Origin: an uncultured Chthoniobacteraceae bacterium
GTDB taxonomy: Bacteria; Verrucomicrobiota; Verrucomicrobiia; Chthoniobacterales; CAKUMP01
Length of the DNA: 60,938 nucleotides
Assembly: GCA_965365475.1 (NCBI GenBank)
Contig: CBDUBV010000003.1
Coordinates: forward strand, 1 to 60,938
Reading direction: 5' to 3'
The notes beneath the pieces are model-generated. The model worked only from the letters and a program-made list of their open reading frames with translations. It ran no database searches and was not told where the DNA came from. Positions 48,248-58,856 of the stretch are shown here, one piece after another; the first letter of the stretch is position 1, and the number at the start of each line of letters is the position of its first letter. The position numbers and the translations under genes were made by a program.

Positions 48248-49471
48248 TCAGTTCTCCGCGTCAGCCACACGCACAGCAGGCAGGATGCGCCACATCCATA
48301 TCGCCACGCCGAGCACCCACGATAGCGCTGCGTAAGCATAGTGCGTAAGCCGGATGTCCGGCATCCAGTCCGCCGACACGCGCGTCAGCATGGCCAGGAG
48401 AACGAGCCCGATCATCCACAGGATAGATGGAAGCGTAGCGCGGAACTTTTCGCTCTGACCGCTGTGCCCCAGCACCACACGGCTCGCCACGATGAACGTG
48501 ATCAAGCTGAACCCGCTGATAAATAGGATGTGCAGCAGAGAGAAGGAACGCTCAGGCCAGAAAGCCATCGCCGCATAACCCAGCGGGATGGAGAAAAGTG
48601 CAAACCGCAAACCCAAGGCCAGCGAGCCACCTCCTAAAGTGCCTTTGTGCACGGGCACTTCGCGTAAGAAATACACCACCACAGCAGCCGCGCGTAGTCC
48701 ATTGCCCCATCCCGGCTCTCCAACTGCTTCGAGTATAAACCCCGCCAAGACCACCAACCCGCAGGTGAACGCAAAAGCCGCGCGCCCCAACCACCCCGGT
48801 GGCAACGAGAGCGATTCCGGAAAGTTCTGCCGATTGGGCAGCCCGAAAAATCGAGGTAACAAGAATGCGCCGATGCCCATGATCGGAAACAACAGATAGC
48901 CCTGATACAGGAAAAGTTTGGATAGCGGCATCGCCCAGGCTGGAAGCGAGTCGGGGATTAATTGCCACAGGATGAGCCCAGCGGACCCCAGCAGTGCGCA
49001 CGCGATGCCCATGAGCACCAGGACGAATGCGGGCGGCGGCACATCTTTACGAAACATCACCGCCCGTCCGCCCAGCAGCACGACAAACAAGGCCAGCAGC
49101 AGGAAAAACAACTGATCGCCGATGAGCGTCAGGCCGCTCGCGTGCAGCATCGCCACGACCGCAAGTCCCACAGCAAAAGTCAGCGATTCTCCAGCCCCGA
49201 TGCGAGGCACGCCGAGCAATCGTGGAAGCGCAGTGCCCAGGAAGCCGAGGACGAACGCCGTGAGGAAACCTTCGATCATGACTCGGGCATGCCATTGGCC
49301 GGGATAAGCTGGCAGCACGTGCCACACATGCGCAGGCCACATGAGCGCGCCCAGAATTCCGATCAGCGCACCGACAGGAAAGAGCAAGCGGAAGGGTTCG
49401 CCAGCCGCCACCAGTTCCCACCAACCTTGCGCCGCAGCGCGCCCCGCCTTGTTCGAATGTTTGCAACTCAT
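48248..49471 (-). CDS. NnrS-family membrane protein
   Basis: About 12 TM segments. The EPFRLLFPVGALIGILGALMWP N-terminus is typical of NnrS. Start uncertain (ATG 49471 or TTG 49507). Confidence 0.65.
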   Translation of the reverse strand: MSCKHSNKAGRAAAQGWWELVAAGEPFRLLFPVGALIGILGALMWPAHVWHVLPAYPGQWHARVMIEGFLTAFVLGFLGTALPRLLGVPRIGAGESLTFAVGLAVVAMLHASGLTLIGDQLFFLLLALFVVLLGGRAVMFRKDVPPPAFVLVLMGIACALLGSAGLILWQLIPDSLPAWAMPLSKLFLYQGYLLFPIMGIGAFLLPRFFGLPNRQNFPESLSLPPGWLGRAAFAFTCGLVVLAGFILEAVGEPGWGNGLRAAAVVVYFLREVPVHKGTLGGGSLALGLRFALFSIPLGYAAMAFWPERSFSLLHILFISGFSLITFIVASRVVLGHSGQSEKFRATLPSILWMIGLVLLAMLTRVSADWMPDIRLTHYAYAALSWVLGVAIWMWRILPAVRVADAEN

Positions 49472-49561
49472 AGGCGTAAGATTTCCCCAAGCAGTCCCGT
49501 CACTCAAGCCCGGTCTGCAATTTTCCGAATCGGAGTCTCCTTAGTGCCATCTGCCGATTGG

Positions 49562-51835
49562 CTAGAACTCGTCAAATGCAATCTGACTCTGTGCGACACC
49601 CAATGTCGAAAGCATCTTGGTGCACGCTTTGACCATCATCGGAGGCCCGCAAAGATAAAACTCGACTGCCCGGATATTAGCATGCTTTTCGAGGTGATTT
49701 ATCAGCACCACTTCGTGGATAAACCCTCTATGAAGCTGCCAGTCATCCTCAGCCAGAGGCTCAGACAAAGCGGGATGAAAAGAAAAATTAGGATGGCGTT
49801 GCGCAAGCTTCTCGAACTCGTCCTGGTAAAAAATCTCCTGACGCGAACGGGCTCCGTACCAGAAGCTGATCCGGCGTGAGCTTTTCTCCGTCTCCAGCAA
49901 ATGAGATATATGCGCCCGTAAGGGTGCCATCCCCGCGCCACCGCCGATGTACACCATTTCCTTCTGGGTAGGTTTGATGTGAAAGTCCCCAAATGGTCCT
50001 ATCGCCGTGACAGTGTCGCCAGGCTTTAAGTTGAAAACATAACTCGATCCCACGCCTGGCAGACAGATCTGACCAGGGGGCGGTGTCGCGATGCGCACGT
50101 TGAATTTTAAAGTGCGCTCCTGTGCGGCATTGCTCGCTATGGAATAATTATTGCGCCGGTTTTTTAAAGAATTGCTTACCGTGAGATCAAACAACTTATG
50201 CCGCCTCCATACCGACGCATATGGCTCAGGAATATCAAAGTCCGCAAACCTTATTTCTTCATACTCCGGAATATCGAGTTGCATGTAATCTCCCGGAGTG
50301 AACTTCACCACCTCCCCGATCGGCTCCAGCTCCAGTTCTTTGATAAAAGTGGCCACATTGCGGTTGCTGACCACCCGAAGCTGGTATGTCTTATGCGCTT
50401 GTGCGCCGACACCGCCAGGGTTCAAGACATTGAGCCACAATCTTCTGTCGCGTTCTTCCAGCGCATATGTCGCAAGGCCTCTGCACACAGGCGCGCGTGC
50501 GGGTGAGCCATCCGAAAGATTGAATCGCCCATTGTGTTTGGGGCACTCGATTATTCCGCCCTTAACCAGACCGTCGGCCAGGTGCGTGTTGCCATGCGTG
50601 CACACGCCATCGGTCGCATACAACCTGCCTTGGATGTCACGGATCAAAGCAAAAGTTTTTTGTTTGTAATCAAACCGGATCACATCCTCCACCCCGAGAT
50701 CAGCAGCGGCGCACACCTCCAACCATCCGGCAGCATCGGGCTCTCCCGCAGCACCATGCTGAGGCTCGGGCGGCAACACGCGCGGCTCAGGCAGCTTCCT
50801 CTTCACATGGTAACTCGTATCTTTCATCTGCCGCAGCAAGGTAGGCCAGATCTCACGCCAGGCCGCAAAGATGGAGGGATAAGGCGGAGGACAATCGTCT
50901 TTCACTTCCTGATGCAATCTCGGCAATGCATGGTAAGGCACCAGCGGAAACATGTGGTGCTCCACATGGTAGTTCATATTCCAATAAATGAAACGGCTGA
51001 TTGGGTTCATATATACCGTCCGACAGTTCAGCCGATGATCGAGCACATTCTCCGCCAGGCCGGCGTGCTGCGTCGTGTTGTGCACAATCATCAACCACGT
51101 ACCGAAAAGTTGCGGCAGGACAAAAAGAAAAATGGGAAGCCAGCTTCTCATCACAACCGCCGAGACTATGATGACGGCATAGATGCCCAGATAGACGCGG
51201 GCGTGCAGTATGATTTTGGGAAATTCACTCGTTGGGATGTAGGTTTTCTCGTCCTCAGAGATTCTGCCTAGACTGTGCTGGATAAGCTTTGGGAAAAAAG
51301 TCTTGTAGCCAGAAAAATTAAATAGATTCAAAATCAACCCTTTGATGTCCGGTGGGCGAGGCACCTGAATCTCAGGATCGCGTCCCACGATGATCGTGTC
51401 GCTATGGTGCCGGGTATGACTCCATCGCCACACAGTGGATTCGCGCATGACCATGAAAGAGGCAACTTCATATACGAGGTTGTTCAGCCAGTCTGTGCGG
51501 AAAGCGGTGCCGTGGCCACACTCATGCCAGCGAGAGTCGGAGCTGGTTCCGTAGAATGTCGCATAGACAAAATAGGGGATCACTGCCCACCAGCTTCCCC
51601 ATAGCATGGCAGTCGCGTAGCCTGTGCCTGCCAGGATCGCCAGCAGCAGCAAAGTGTCACGCACCGCCGGACCATCTTTACGCTCCAGCAGACTACGTAG
51701 CCGGGCGCGCGGGATCGGTGTCTGGTACCAGTCCGCCTCCGCCAGCCCAATCTCGATGGCACGCTGTGAGTTTTTGCCCGTCAAACTGTAGTCGAGCTGT
51801 TCCGGGGGTCGCAGAAGGGTTTCTGTGGGGTCCAT
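49562..51835 (-). CDS. Fusion: membrane His-box fatty-acid desaturase/hydroxylase, Rieske [2Fe-2S] domain, NqrF-like FAD/NAD(P)H reductase
   Basis: His boxes HECGHG, HTRHHSDT, HVEHHMFP. Rieske motif CTHGNTHL ... CPKHNGRF. Reductase motifs RNNYSIAS, GPFGDF, YIGGGAGMAPLRAHI, CGPPMM. Confidence 0.8.
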   Translation of the reverse strand: MDPTETLLRPPEQLDYSLTGKNSQRAIEIGLAEADWYQTPIPRARLRSLLERKDGPAVRDTLLLLAILAGTGYATAMLWGSWWAVIPYFVYATFYGTSSDSRWHECGHGTAFRTDWLNNLVYEVASFMVMRESTVWRWSHTRHHSDTIIVGRDPEIQVPRPPDIKGLILNLFNFSGYKTFFPKLIQHSLGRISEDEKTYIPTSEFPKIILHARVYLGIYAVIIVSAVVMRSWLPIFLFVLPQLFGTWLMIVHNTTQHAGLAENVLDHRLNCRTVYMNPISRFIYWNMNYHVEHHMFPLVPYHALPRLHQEVKDDCPPPYPSIFAAWREIWPTLLRQMKDTSYHVKRKLPEPRVLPPEPQHGAAGEPDAAGWLEVCAAADLGVEDVIRFDYKQKTFALIRDIQGRLYATDGVCTHGNTHLADGLVKGGIIECPKHNGRFNLSDGSPARAPVCRGLATYALEERDRRLWLNVLNPGGVGAQAHKTYQLRVVSNRNVATFIKELELEPIGEVVKFTPGDYMQLDIPEYEEIRFADFDIPEPYASVWRRHKLFDLTVSNSLKNRRNNYSIASNAAQERTLKFNVRIATPPPGQICLPGVGSSYVFNLKPGDTVTAIGPFGDFHIKPTQKEMVYIGGGAGMAPLRAHISHLLETEKSSRRISFWYGARSRQEIFYQDEFEKLAQRHPNFSFHPALSEPLAEDDWQLHRGFIHEVVLINHLEKHANIRAVEFYLCGPPMMVKACTKMLSTLGVAQSQIAFDEF

Positions 51836-51973
51836 AAGATTATAATATGTTCAAAGCTATCCGAAGATAAGCTGAGGAGAAATTCACCATGCCATCGGCG
51901 ATTTCGCCGGGCAAGTTACAACAACTATTAATTTGCGACATCGGTTCTTGCACAGCATCGAGCAGATCCTACC

Positions 51974-52843
51974 GTGTATGGAATGCAATCTGCCTTCTCC
52001 TATCCGCCAGTCAGCACCCAAGCCATTGCCAGTGGGTGCTACATCACCTCGATTGGGTGTTTGCACCATCCCGTAGGGCTGAAGTATCCGTCACAATCGC
52101 ATCCTGAACACTTTTATTTCGAATGGGACAAAGGCCGAACCATTGCTGATACTACCTTGGTAATCATTGCACGTGGAGCTGGCGAGTGGGCTTCACGCGA
52201 TGCCAGTGGCCATCTTGAAGCGGGCGACGCCTTATACATACCTTCTCGCGAATGGCATCGCTATCGCCCCATGGCGGACACGGGCTGGAGCGAATCCTGG
52301 CTGTGCATGCGCGGAACAAATATCCATCAATTACGCCGTGCCGAGCTTATTGATACTGAGATTAAGGTATTAAAATGCGACACTGCCACCCAATCGCAGT
52401 TGGCGCGTTTGCACTCGGATGTGCTTCGGGAACCTGGCATCAACAACCCTTCGTGGGGCGCGAGAGGATTGGCCATACTGCTGGAACTGACGGAGCGAGG
52501 AACCATGCGCCGGACGCCTCCAGTGGAGTCCCTGGCACGAGCTGTCACATATATTTGTGAGAACAGCCACCTGCCCATCAGCGTCAACAATGTGGCGGAG
52601 GCCTGTGGTAAATCCCGCCGCAGTATGGAGCGCATGTTTGCAGCAGGCGCATTGGGCACCGTGGCGGACATGATCACCCGCGAGCGAATGGACCGCGCCA
52701 GAGCACTGCTGCGCAGCACCAGGCTATCCGTGAAGGAAGTCGCAGCCGATTCCGGTTTCCAATCCACTCAGCATTTGATCTCAAATTTCAAACGGATTGA
52801 GCACTGTACCCCCTCAAAGTTCCGAGCCCGTGCCGCGTCCTGA
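51974..52843 (+). CDS. AraC-family transcriptional regulator
   Basis: N-terminal cupin-like sensor domain. C-terminal double HTH (VNNVAEACGKSRRSMERMF ... VKEVAADSGFQSTQHLISNFKR). Start is GTG 51974 or ATG 51983. Confidence 0.8.
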   Translation: MYGMQSAFSYPPVSTQAIASGCYITSIGCLHHPVGLKYPSQSHPEHFYFEWDKGRTIADTTLVIIARGAGEWASRDASGHLEAGDALYIPSREWHRYRPMADTGWSESWLCMRGTNIHQLRRAELIDTEIKVLKCDTATQSQLARLHSDVLREPGINNPSWGARGLAILLELTERGTMRRTPPVESLARAVTYICENSHLPISVNNVAEACGKSRRSMERMFAAGALGTVADMITRERMDRARALLRSTRLSVKEVAADSGFQSTQHLISNFKRIEHCTPSKFRARAAS

Positions 52844-52928
52844 TCGCATCTGTGGTCGTTCGCATAATCGCCCGGCAGACGCACGCCGCCCTGGCAAGAA
52901 GCGGCCGCCGCCCGGCACTGCTTATCGT

Positions 52929-54485
52929 TTAGTTCTGGGGGAGCTTGAGATCAGGATCATTTATCACTTTCAGCACAGCCCGGCGACGATGCGCCTGCTC
53001 GTCGGGCTGCCCGGGATATTCGCCCAGATTATCGTATGTGCCGTAGCGGCCTGGGTTGGCGTAATCACTAAAGAGCACCATTATGCCGGGCGTATTCTCA
53101 AACCATTTCCTTAGGTATTGTTCCATCGAAGCCTCAATGCTGGGATCTCGCGAGGCTTCTATCACAAGGTCAGTTGCTGCTTTTACGTTTATCACTTTGC
53201 GCGGTGTGGCAAATACGATGCCCCCTTCATAGGCGATGAGGGGCAGGTTGAATTCCTTGGCAAGAGCTACGTTCTGAGGCAGACGCTCGCTTAGAAAATT
53301 CTCTATCTGCGCTGGCACCTGTGCGGCAAGCTCTGCACCCGTGTATTTTTCGTGATCAAAGTCCCCGGTCATAATGTCGCGGCTGAAGCCAGTGTAAGGT
53401 GCGATCGCAAAAACATCTGCTGACTTGTAAAGATCGTAAGCTTGCAGTTTCGCTTTGGACACTTCCGGACGGTTATACCAACCTGCCGCCACGCGGATGA
53501 GCCGCTTGGAAGCTTCTTCCCTGCCTCCAAAGACTTCGTCCCATATATCCCAGATTTGCTTGGACCGATGGGCATACCAGGAAGCCATGGGCATGTTGGC
53601 ATTGGGGATCGGCTGTGGTAGGGTTTTGGCTTTCTCTACGGAATAAGCGGTTTGTTTGAAGAACGGAGACGTATTCCAAATCTCATTGCTGTATTCCACG
53701 TAAATGCTGAGCGATGGGTCGAGTTTCTCTTTCACCATGGTGGCGAAATTGCGGACATATTCGTCGTCCGCTTTGTGTGGGATGCAGAACCAAGGGTTCA
53801 CTTTGACCAGATTCGCAAATTCAATCATGTATTCCAATGGTGCTCCCTGCGAGCCTTCAAGCCGGAATGTCTGCATCGCTGGGATGGGACGGTTCTCCCA
53901 CTTCTCTTGGTCGCTGGAGTTTGTAATCTGCCAGTCCATGTAGCGAACGGTGCTGAGTTTATCGATACCGTTCTGCCAATACCCTTTGCGGAATGGGCTG
54001 GGATCATTTTCCGAGCCTGGAACAAAGCAGCGGATGTTGCGCACGGGATCGGCGGGGTCACTTTCACTTATCTGCAATGTGATCGCGGGGCTTTCGGTCG
54101 CCTCAAGTTCAAGCCGGTTGGGCTCCGCTTTGCCAGGGGTTACTTCCGCCCGGCGCTGTTTGAGTTCCACCTTTCCCGTTCCTTCCCATGTCACCACATA
54201 GGTACCGACAGGTCCTCGGGCTTCAGTGAGAATAACTGGGGTAAACGGAATCTTGCCTTCTTCTGGTATCCAATTTCCCAACGCATCGGTCTTGGGCTTG
54301 GGCGCATTGCGATCGTAATCATACATCCACGGGCGGGATTGCTTCATCAGATCGTTGAACGGAATCGGCGTGGTCCAGTCGGTGAAATGAGTCAGATTAG
54401 CACCAAAACGTTCACGGTGAATGGGCGGCTCTTGCGCAACGAGATTAAGACCAACGAGGAGGAATACTACAAGGAGGGGTTTCAT
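52929..54485 (-). CDS. Secreted TIM-barrel glycoside-hydrolase-like protein (clan GH-A features)
   Basis: Signal peptide MKPLLVVFLLVGLNLVAQE. YVEYSNEIWN resembles the clan GH-A acid/base NE motif. Family not assigned. Confidence 0.4.
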   Translation of the reverse strand: MKPLLVVFLLVGLNLVAQEPPIHRERFGANLTHFTDWTTPIPFNDLMKQSRPWMYDYDRNAPKPKTDALGNWIPEEGKIPFTPVILTEARGPVGTYVVTWEGTGKVELKQRRAEVTPGKAEPNRLELEATESPAITLQISESDPADPVRNIRCFVPGSENDPSPFRKGYWQNGIDKLSTVRYMDWQITNSSDQEKWENRPIPAMQTFRLEGSQGAPLEYMIEFANLVKVNPWFCIPHKADDEYVRNFATMVKEKLDPSLSIYVEYSNEIWNTSPFFKQTAYSVEKAKTLPQPIPNANMPMASWYAHRSKQIWDIWDEVFGGREEASKRLIRVAAGWYNRPEVSKAKLQAYDLYKSADVFAIAPYTGFSRDIMTGDFDHEKYTGAELAAQVPAQIENFLSERLPQNVALAKEFNLPLIAYEGGIVFATPRKVINVKAATDLVIEASRDPSIEASMEQYLRKWFENTPGIMVLFSDYANPGRYGTYDNLGEYPGQPDEQAHRRRAVLKVINDPDLKLPQN

Positions 54486-54622
54486 AAAGTGTTCGATAAG
54501 GTGCTACATGGGCTGGGGGAGTCAAGCTCATGAGACAGAACCCATATTTTATCTAGATGACGTAAGTTCTTATTCGCGGGTTGCGTTGATTGTGTTCTCG
54601 CGGCACGATCTCCGCCTTTCTC

Positions 54623-55393
54623 ATGCGGCGCGAAACACTCGTTCTATTCTTTCTGTCGGTCGTTGTAGCCTGGATCATCGCGGCTTTTGCCGTTTCTTAT
54701 TTTATCCGTCGTCCTCTGCCCTCATCCGGGGGAATTTACTTTCCCGCTCGACTGGAATTGCCGGTGCCGCTGTTTCGTCAGGCAGACCCGCTATGGGCGC
54801 ACGATCGACTTGGGCCCACCGACGGAACGCTGGGGGCAGAAGGGTGCGCCGTGGCTTCTGCCGCCATGGTGCTTGCATATTACGGAGTCGATACCGATCC
54901 AGGGCGGCTCAATCGTTTTGTGACCGACATCGGGGGCTACACTCCGCAGGGATGGATTTACTGGGAGGCGGCAGCAAAGCTCGCCCCGACGCGCGTCGAG
55001 CATGTGTATGAGGCCTTGCCGTCATATTATCTCATCGACCGCAACCTGCTGCACGGCAACCCGGTGATCGTGCGCTTGCGCTATCCCAGCGGGATCACCC
55101 ATTTCGTCGTCATCGTAGGCAAGGAGGGATGGGACTATCTCATCCGCGATCCGGGGGCAGGAGCGGATAAAGGGGTATATGCTCTGCGCGAATTCGGCAG
55201 CGGTATCGAGGCTCTGCGGTTTTATCGACGACTCAACCGTCTGCCCGCGTCAAAGCCTCTGAGCCGCAGTGCATTTCCCAACACACACAGACTCGAGGCT
55301 GCCATGGCAAAAGCCGCAAACGCCGGCGACATGCGGATGCCTGCCAGCGGAACCAAAACTCCCGCAGCCACCGGGATAAGAGCTGCATTATAA
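54623..55393 (+). CDS. Peptidase C39-like domain protein (membrane-anchored)
   Basis: TM anchor. Cys motif [18 protein letters not shown] and His motif [10 protein letters not shown]. The ORF has no stop until 55393, so its tail overlaps the copA 3' end. Confidence 0.55.
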   Translation: MRRETLVLFFLSVVVAWIIAAFAVSYFIRRPLPSSGGIYFPARLELPVPLFRQADPLWAHDRLGPTDGTLGAEGCAVASAAMVLAYYGVDTDPGRLNRFVTDIGGYTPQGWIYWEAAAKLAPTRVEHVYEALPSYYLIDRNLLHGNPVIVRLRYPSGITHFVVIVGKEGWDYLIRDPGAGADKGVYALREFGSGIEALRFYRRLNRLPASKPLSRSAFPNTHRLEAAMAKAANAGDMRMPASGTKTPAATGIRAAL

Positions 55394-57414
55394 AAAAACG
55401 CCCAAAATAAATTCTGGCGGATGTTGCGGATCACCGCACGCGACAGGGCTATCGCCACGGGCACGCGCGAGAGATCGCCAGACATGAGCACAACATCGGC
55501 CGACTCCATCGCGATGTCAGTGCCTGTGCCAATGGCGATGCCGGTGTCCGCACGGGCAAGCGCGGGCGCGTCATTGATGCCGTCTCCGACGAAAATCACC
55601 GGTCCCAGCCGGGATTGGTAGTCCTCGATCGCTGCGACTTTATCCGCAGGCAACGCCCGAGCCCGCACGTCCTCGATACCGGTCTGAGCTGCGACAGCCG
55701 ATGCGGTCTGCTGCGCATCGCCGGTGACCATGGCGAGGTGCAGCCGCATGTCCTTCAATCTCGCCAGGGCCGAACGGGCGGAATCCTTTACCGGATCGGC
55801 AATTGCGAGGAGGGCTGTCGGGACATCGTCGATGCTTACCTGGATGACAATTTTTCCCTGGTCGGCCCATTCATTTGCCTGCGTTGCAAAAGGTGATCCG
55901 CTCTCTGGCATCCGGCCTACCACCACACGCTTGCCAGCCACTGTGGCCTGCACGCCCTCCCCGGTGAATGATCGGAAATCCGTAGCGGGAAGCAATTCCA
56001 GATTCCTGTCGCGAGCGCCAGAGACGATGGCCTCGGCAAGTGGATGCTCGCTGAGATTCTCCACAGACGCAGTCCACCGCAGCACTTGGGGCTCGTCCAC
56101 TCCGGGCGATGTCACGATATGTTCCAGCACCGGTCGGCCCATGGTGAGTGTACCAGTCTTATCAAACATCACCACCCGTGCATCCCGCATGCGCTGCAGA
56201 GCTTCGCCTTGGCGGAACAGCACTCCCAACTCCGCCCCGCGCCCGGTGCCGACCATGATCGATACCGGAGTAGCCAGCCCCATCGCACACGGACACGCGA
56301 TGATCAATACCGTGACCGCATTCATTAAAGCAAAAGCAAGACCTGCATCCGCCAGCCACCAGACCAGCACCGTGACCACGGCAATCGCGAGAACGATCGG
56401 CACGAAAACCCGTGTGATCCTGTCCACCAACGCCTGGATAGGCAGTCGCGCGGATTGCGCCTCGCGCACCAGTGCCGTGATCCGGGCGAGCACGGTTTCC
56501 TCCCCGGTGTGCCGAACCTCCAGCGTGAAAGCGCCCGTCGTGTTCAACGTGCCGCCGATCACTTCGGCACCGACATCTTTCGCCACCGCCAGCGGCTCGC
56601 CCGTGACCATGCTCTCATCGACATGCGATCGGCCTTCTACCACCGTGCCATCGAGCGGCACGCGTTCCCCCGGCCGCACGCGCAGATGATCGCCCGGTCT
56701 CACCGACTCGATTGAAACAGATCTTTCCATTCCCTCCTTTATCAGCCAGGCCACAGCCGGTTGCAGCCGAAGCAGCGAGTGAATAGCCCGCCCTGTCCGC
56801 GCCCGAGCCCGCCCCTCCAGATGGCGCCCCAGCAACACGAGCGTGATCACCACCATGGCACTCTCAAAATAAAGGTCCGCTCCAGGCAGTATCGCCGGAA
56901 ACAACAACTGAACGAGTGAATACCCATACGCTGCGCCGGTGCCGATCATGACCAGCGAATTCATGTCCGGCATACCACGCCAGAGCGCGGGAGCACCTTT
57001 CTTGATAAACACCCACCCCGCTCCAAATTGCACCGCAGTCCCCAGAGCAAGTTGCGTCCACGCCCACCACGCCCCACTCAAGTGCACTCCCGCCGTCATA
57101 TGCCCGGCCATTTCCAGTAAAAATACAGGTGCCGTGAGCAACGCAGCCCAGAGCATCCGCCAGAAATCCGCATCCTGCTGCGTCACGATTTCCCCAGCCG
57201 CTGCATCCGCCTCATAGCCCGCCGTGCGGACAGCTTCCACAGCGGATTGAGTGATCTCCTCCGTCGCTGCATCCACTTCCAGCGTGGCTTCTCTCAGAGC
57301 CAGATTTACCGTTGCCCGGTGGACGCCTGGCACTTCCAGCAGCGCGCGTTCCACTCGCCCCGAGCAGGATGCGCACGACATGCCGTGCACGGAAATTCGA
57401 ATCCTCTCGCTCAC
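55222..57414 (-). CDS. copA: Copper-translocating P1B-type ATPase
   Basis: HMA domain [18 protein letters not shown] ([11 protein letters not shown]), [20 protein letters not shown] start at 57414 overlaps the stop of the upstream gene (GTGA) and gives 730 aa. Confidence 0.9.
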   Translation of the reverse strand: MSERIRISVHGMSCASCSGRVERALLEVPGVHRATVNLALREATLEVDAATEEITQSAVEAVRTAGYEADAAAGEIVTQQDADFWRMLWAALLTAPVFLLEMAGHMTAGVHLSGAWWAWTQLALGTAVQFGAGWVFIKKGAPALWRGMPDMNSLVMIGTGAAYGYSLVQLLFPAILPGADLYFESAMVVITLVLLGRHLEGRARARTGRAIHSLLRLQPAVAWLIKEGMERSVSIESVRPGDHLRVRPGERVPLDGTVVEGRSHVDESMVTGEPLAVAKDVGAEVIGGTLNTTGAFTLEVRHTGEETVLARITALVREAQSARLPIQALVDRITRVFVPIVLAIAVVTVLVWWLADAGLAFALMNAVTVLIIACPCAMGLATPVSIMVGTGRGAELGVLFRQGEALQRMRDARVVMFDKTGTLTMGRPVLEHIVTSPGVDEPQVLRWTASVENLSEHPLAEAIVSGARDRNLELLPATDFRSFTGEGVQATVAGKRVVVGRMPESGSPFATQANEWADQGKIVIQVSIDDVPTALLAIADPVKDSARSALARLKDMRLHLAMVTGDAQQTASAVAAQTGIEDVRARALPADKVAAIEDYQSRLGPVIFVGDGINDAPALARADTGIAIGTGTDIAMESADVVLMSGDLSRVPVAIALSRAVIRNIRQNLFWAFFYNAALIPVAAGVLVPLAGIRMSPAFAAFAMAASSLCVLGNALRLRGFDAGRRLSRR

Positions 57415-58517
57415 AGGCCTGCCGGTGTCAGAAGTTCCCAATACCACGCCACCAATTGCGGCCCGAGAGCCATCCAAAGCACCGCCCCAAGCGCGAGATA
57501 CGGCCCGAAAGGAATCTTGGCCGATGCCTCGCGCCCTCCGATCAGCATCGCTGCGCCTCCGGCGAGTGCGCCCACGATCGACGCCGAGAAAATCGTGAAG
57601 AACACTGCCTTCCATCCCAGAAACGCCCCGATGCACGCGATAAACTTTACATCTCCGAAGCCCATGGCCTCACGAGGGATCGTGATGGAACTCACGCGGC
57701 CCGCGACACGGTCGATTGTTTCCAGCATCCGCTCTCCGGCGGGAAGCAGCACACGGTTGTAATAAAAAACCAACTCTTCCTGTGGCAACCTTTCTGCGGG
57801 CGATTCATCGATGGAAAAGCTGCGTGCCTTGAGCACAAGCCGGTCGCTTTCGCGGGAAAAAATATCCGACCACCGTGTGGTTTCCTCGCCCACGATCAGA
57901 TCGGCATCCTGGCCTTTGCGAATCCAAGTGAAGGCCGTTTCCTCCGGAAGTTGGATGACCTTTTTGCCAAAAAAAATCTTCCCCGCTTCGACTACGACAT
58001 ACAAAGAAGCAAAACCCACAGCAGCACCCGTGAGGGACCAGACCAACGCCATAAGCCGCGAATCAGCGTGCATCAACGAAGGCACCGCCACACTGCACAC
58101 CAACCCCGCCACCGTTCCACCCCAAGTGATTTCATCCGGGATGATAAAATGATCGAAATCAATAAACGTGGCTGTGATTAATAATGATACGAATATCCAC
58201 AGCGGCAACGCCCAAGCGAGAGGGTAATGCCAGACCACCAGAGCAAATGCACAGGCGGTGAGCAGCTCTACAAAAAAATAGCGAAATGGAATATGCGCTC
58301 CGCAATTTGCACATCGAGCACGCAACAGCAGCCAACTAAACAGTGGCAGATTGTGGAACCAAGGGATCTGCCATTTGCAATGGGGACAGAATGAACGGCG
58401 TGGTTCGTTCACCGACATATCCAGCGGCATGCGGTAGATGCAAACATTCAGGAACGAGCCCACGATCGCTCCGAGAACAAAAGCGAAAGAGATAAATAAC
58501 CATTCAAAGGAATCCAC
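57411..58517 (-). CDS. Prepilin peptidase (A24 family) with a large cytoplasmic insertion
   Basis: [12 protein letters not shown], Zn-finger-like CPHC...CANC, first Asp region [12 protein letters not shown], second Asp region AMGFGDVKF, and [13 protein letters not shown] start. Confidence 0.85.
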   Translation of the reverse strand: MDSFEWLFISFAFVLGAIVGSFLNVCIYRMPLDMSVNEPRRSFCPHCKWQIPWFHNLPLFSWLLLRARCANCGAHIPFRYFFVELLTACAFALVVWHYPLAWALPLWIFVSLLITATFIDFDHFIIPDEITWGGTVAGLVCSVAVPSLMHADSRLMALVWSLTGAAVGFASLYVVVEAGKIFFGKKVIQLPEETAFTWIRKGQDADLIVGEETTRWSDIFSRESDRLVLKARSFSIDESPAERLPQEELVFYYNRVLLPAGERMLETIDRVAGRVSSITIPREAMGFGDVKFIACIGAFLGWKAVFFTIFSASIVGALAGGAAMLIGGREASAKIPFGPYLALGAVLWMALGPQLVAWYWELLTPAGL

Positions 58518-58856
58518 CGGCGAAGATTACACCCACCTTTCTGGGGGACGTCAATGCTGGTGAAATACAACCGCGCCCGGTAAACAGAGCTGGTGGAAAT
58601 TGCGCAGAATGAGCTGGAGACTGACGAAATATTACCATGCTTGGTGTGACGTTATCGTAATATTCGTCACCACCGGTTGCCAGTTTGCTAATCAAATGCG
58701 CAAATTGAACGAGCTAACGCTCGGTTTATACGATTCTGAGCGAGGTTGGCACGACACTGGCTTTGTGGCGGACAAGAAAAAAACTTGTATGCGTTATGAT
58801 TCCGGCGGATCATCAGTGCGGTGAAATTCCCAGCGTAACCTCTTATCTATAAACTA

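Noticed and set aside
58640-58668. Inverted repeat GTGACG-n13-CGTCAC in the lower-GC region upstream of the PEP-CTERM gene
   Set aside because: The arms are only 6 bp and it occurs once. That is within chance expectation for a 340-nt intergenic region, so it is noted only as a possible operator.
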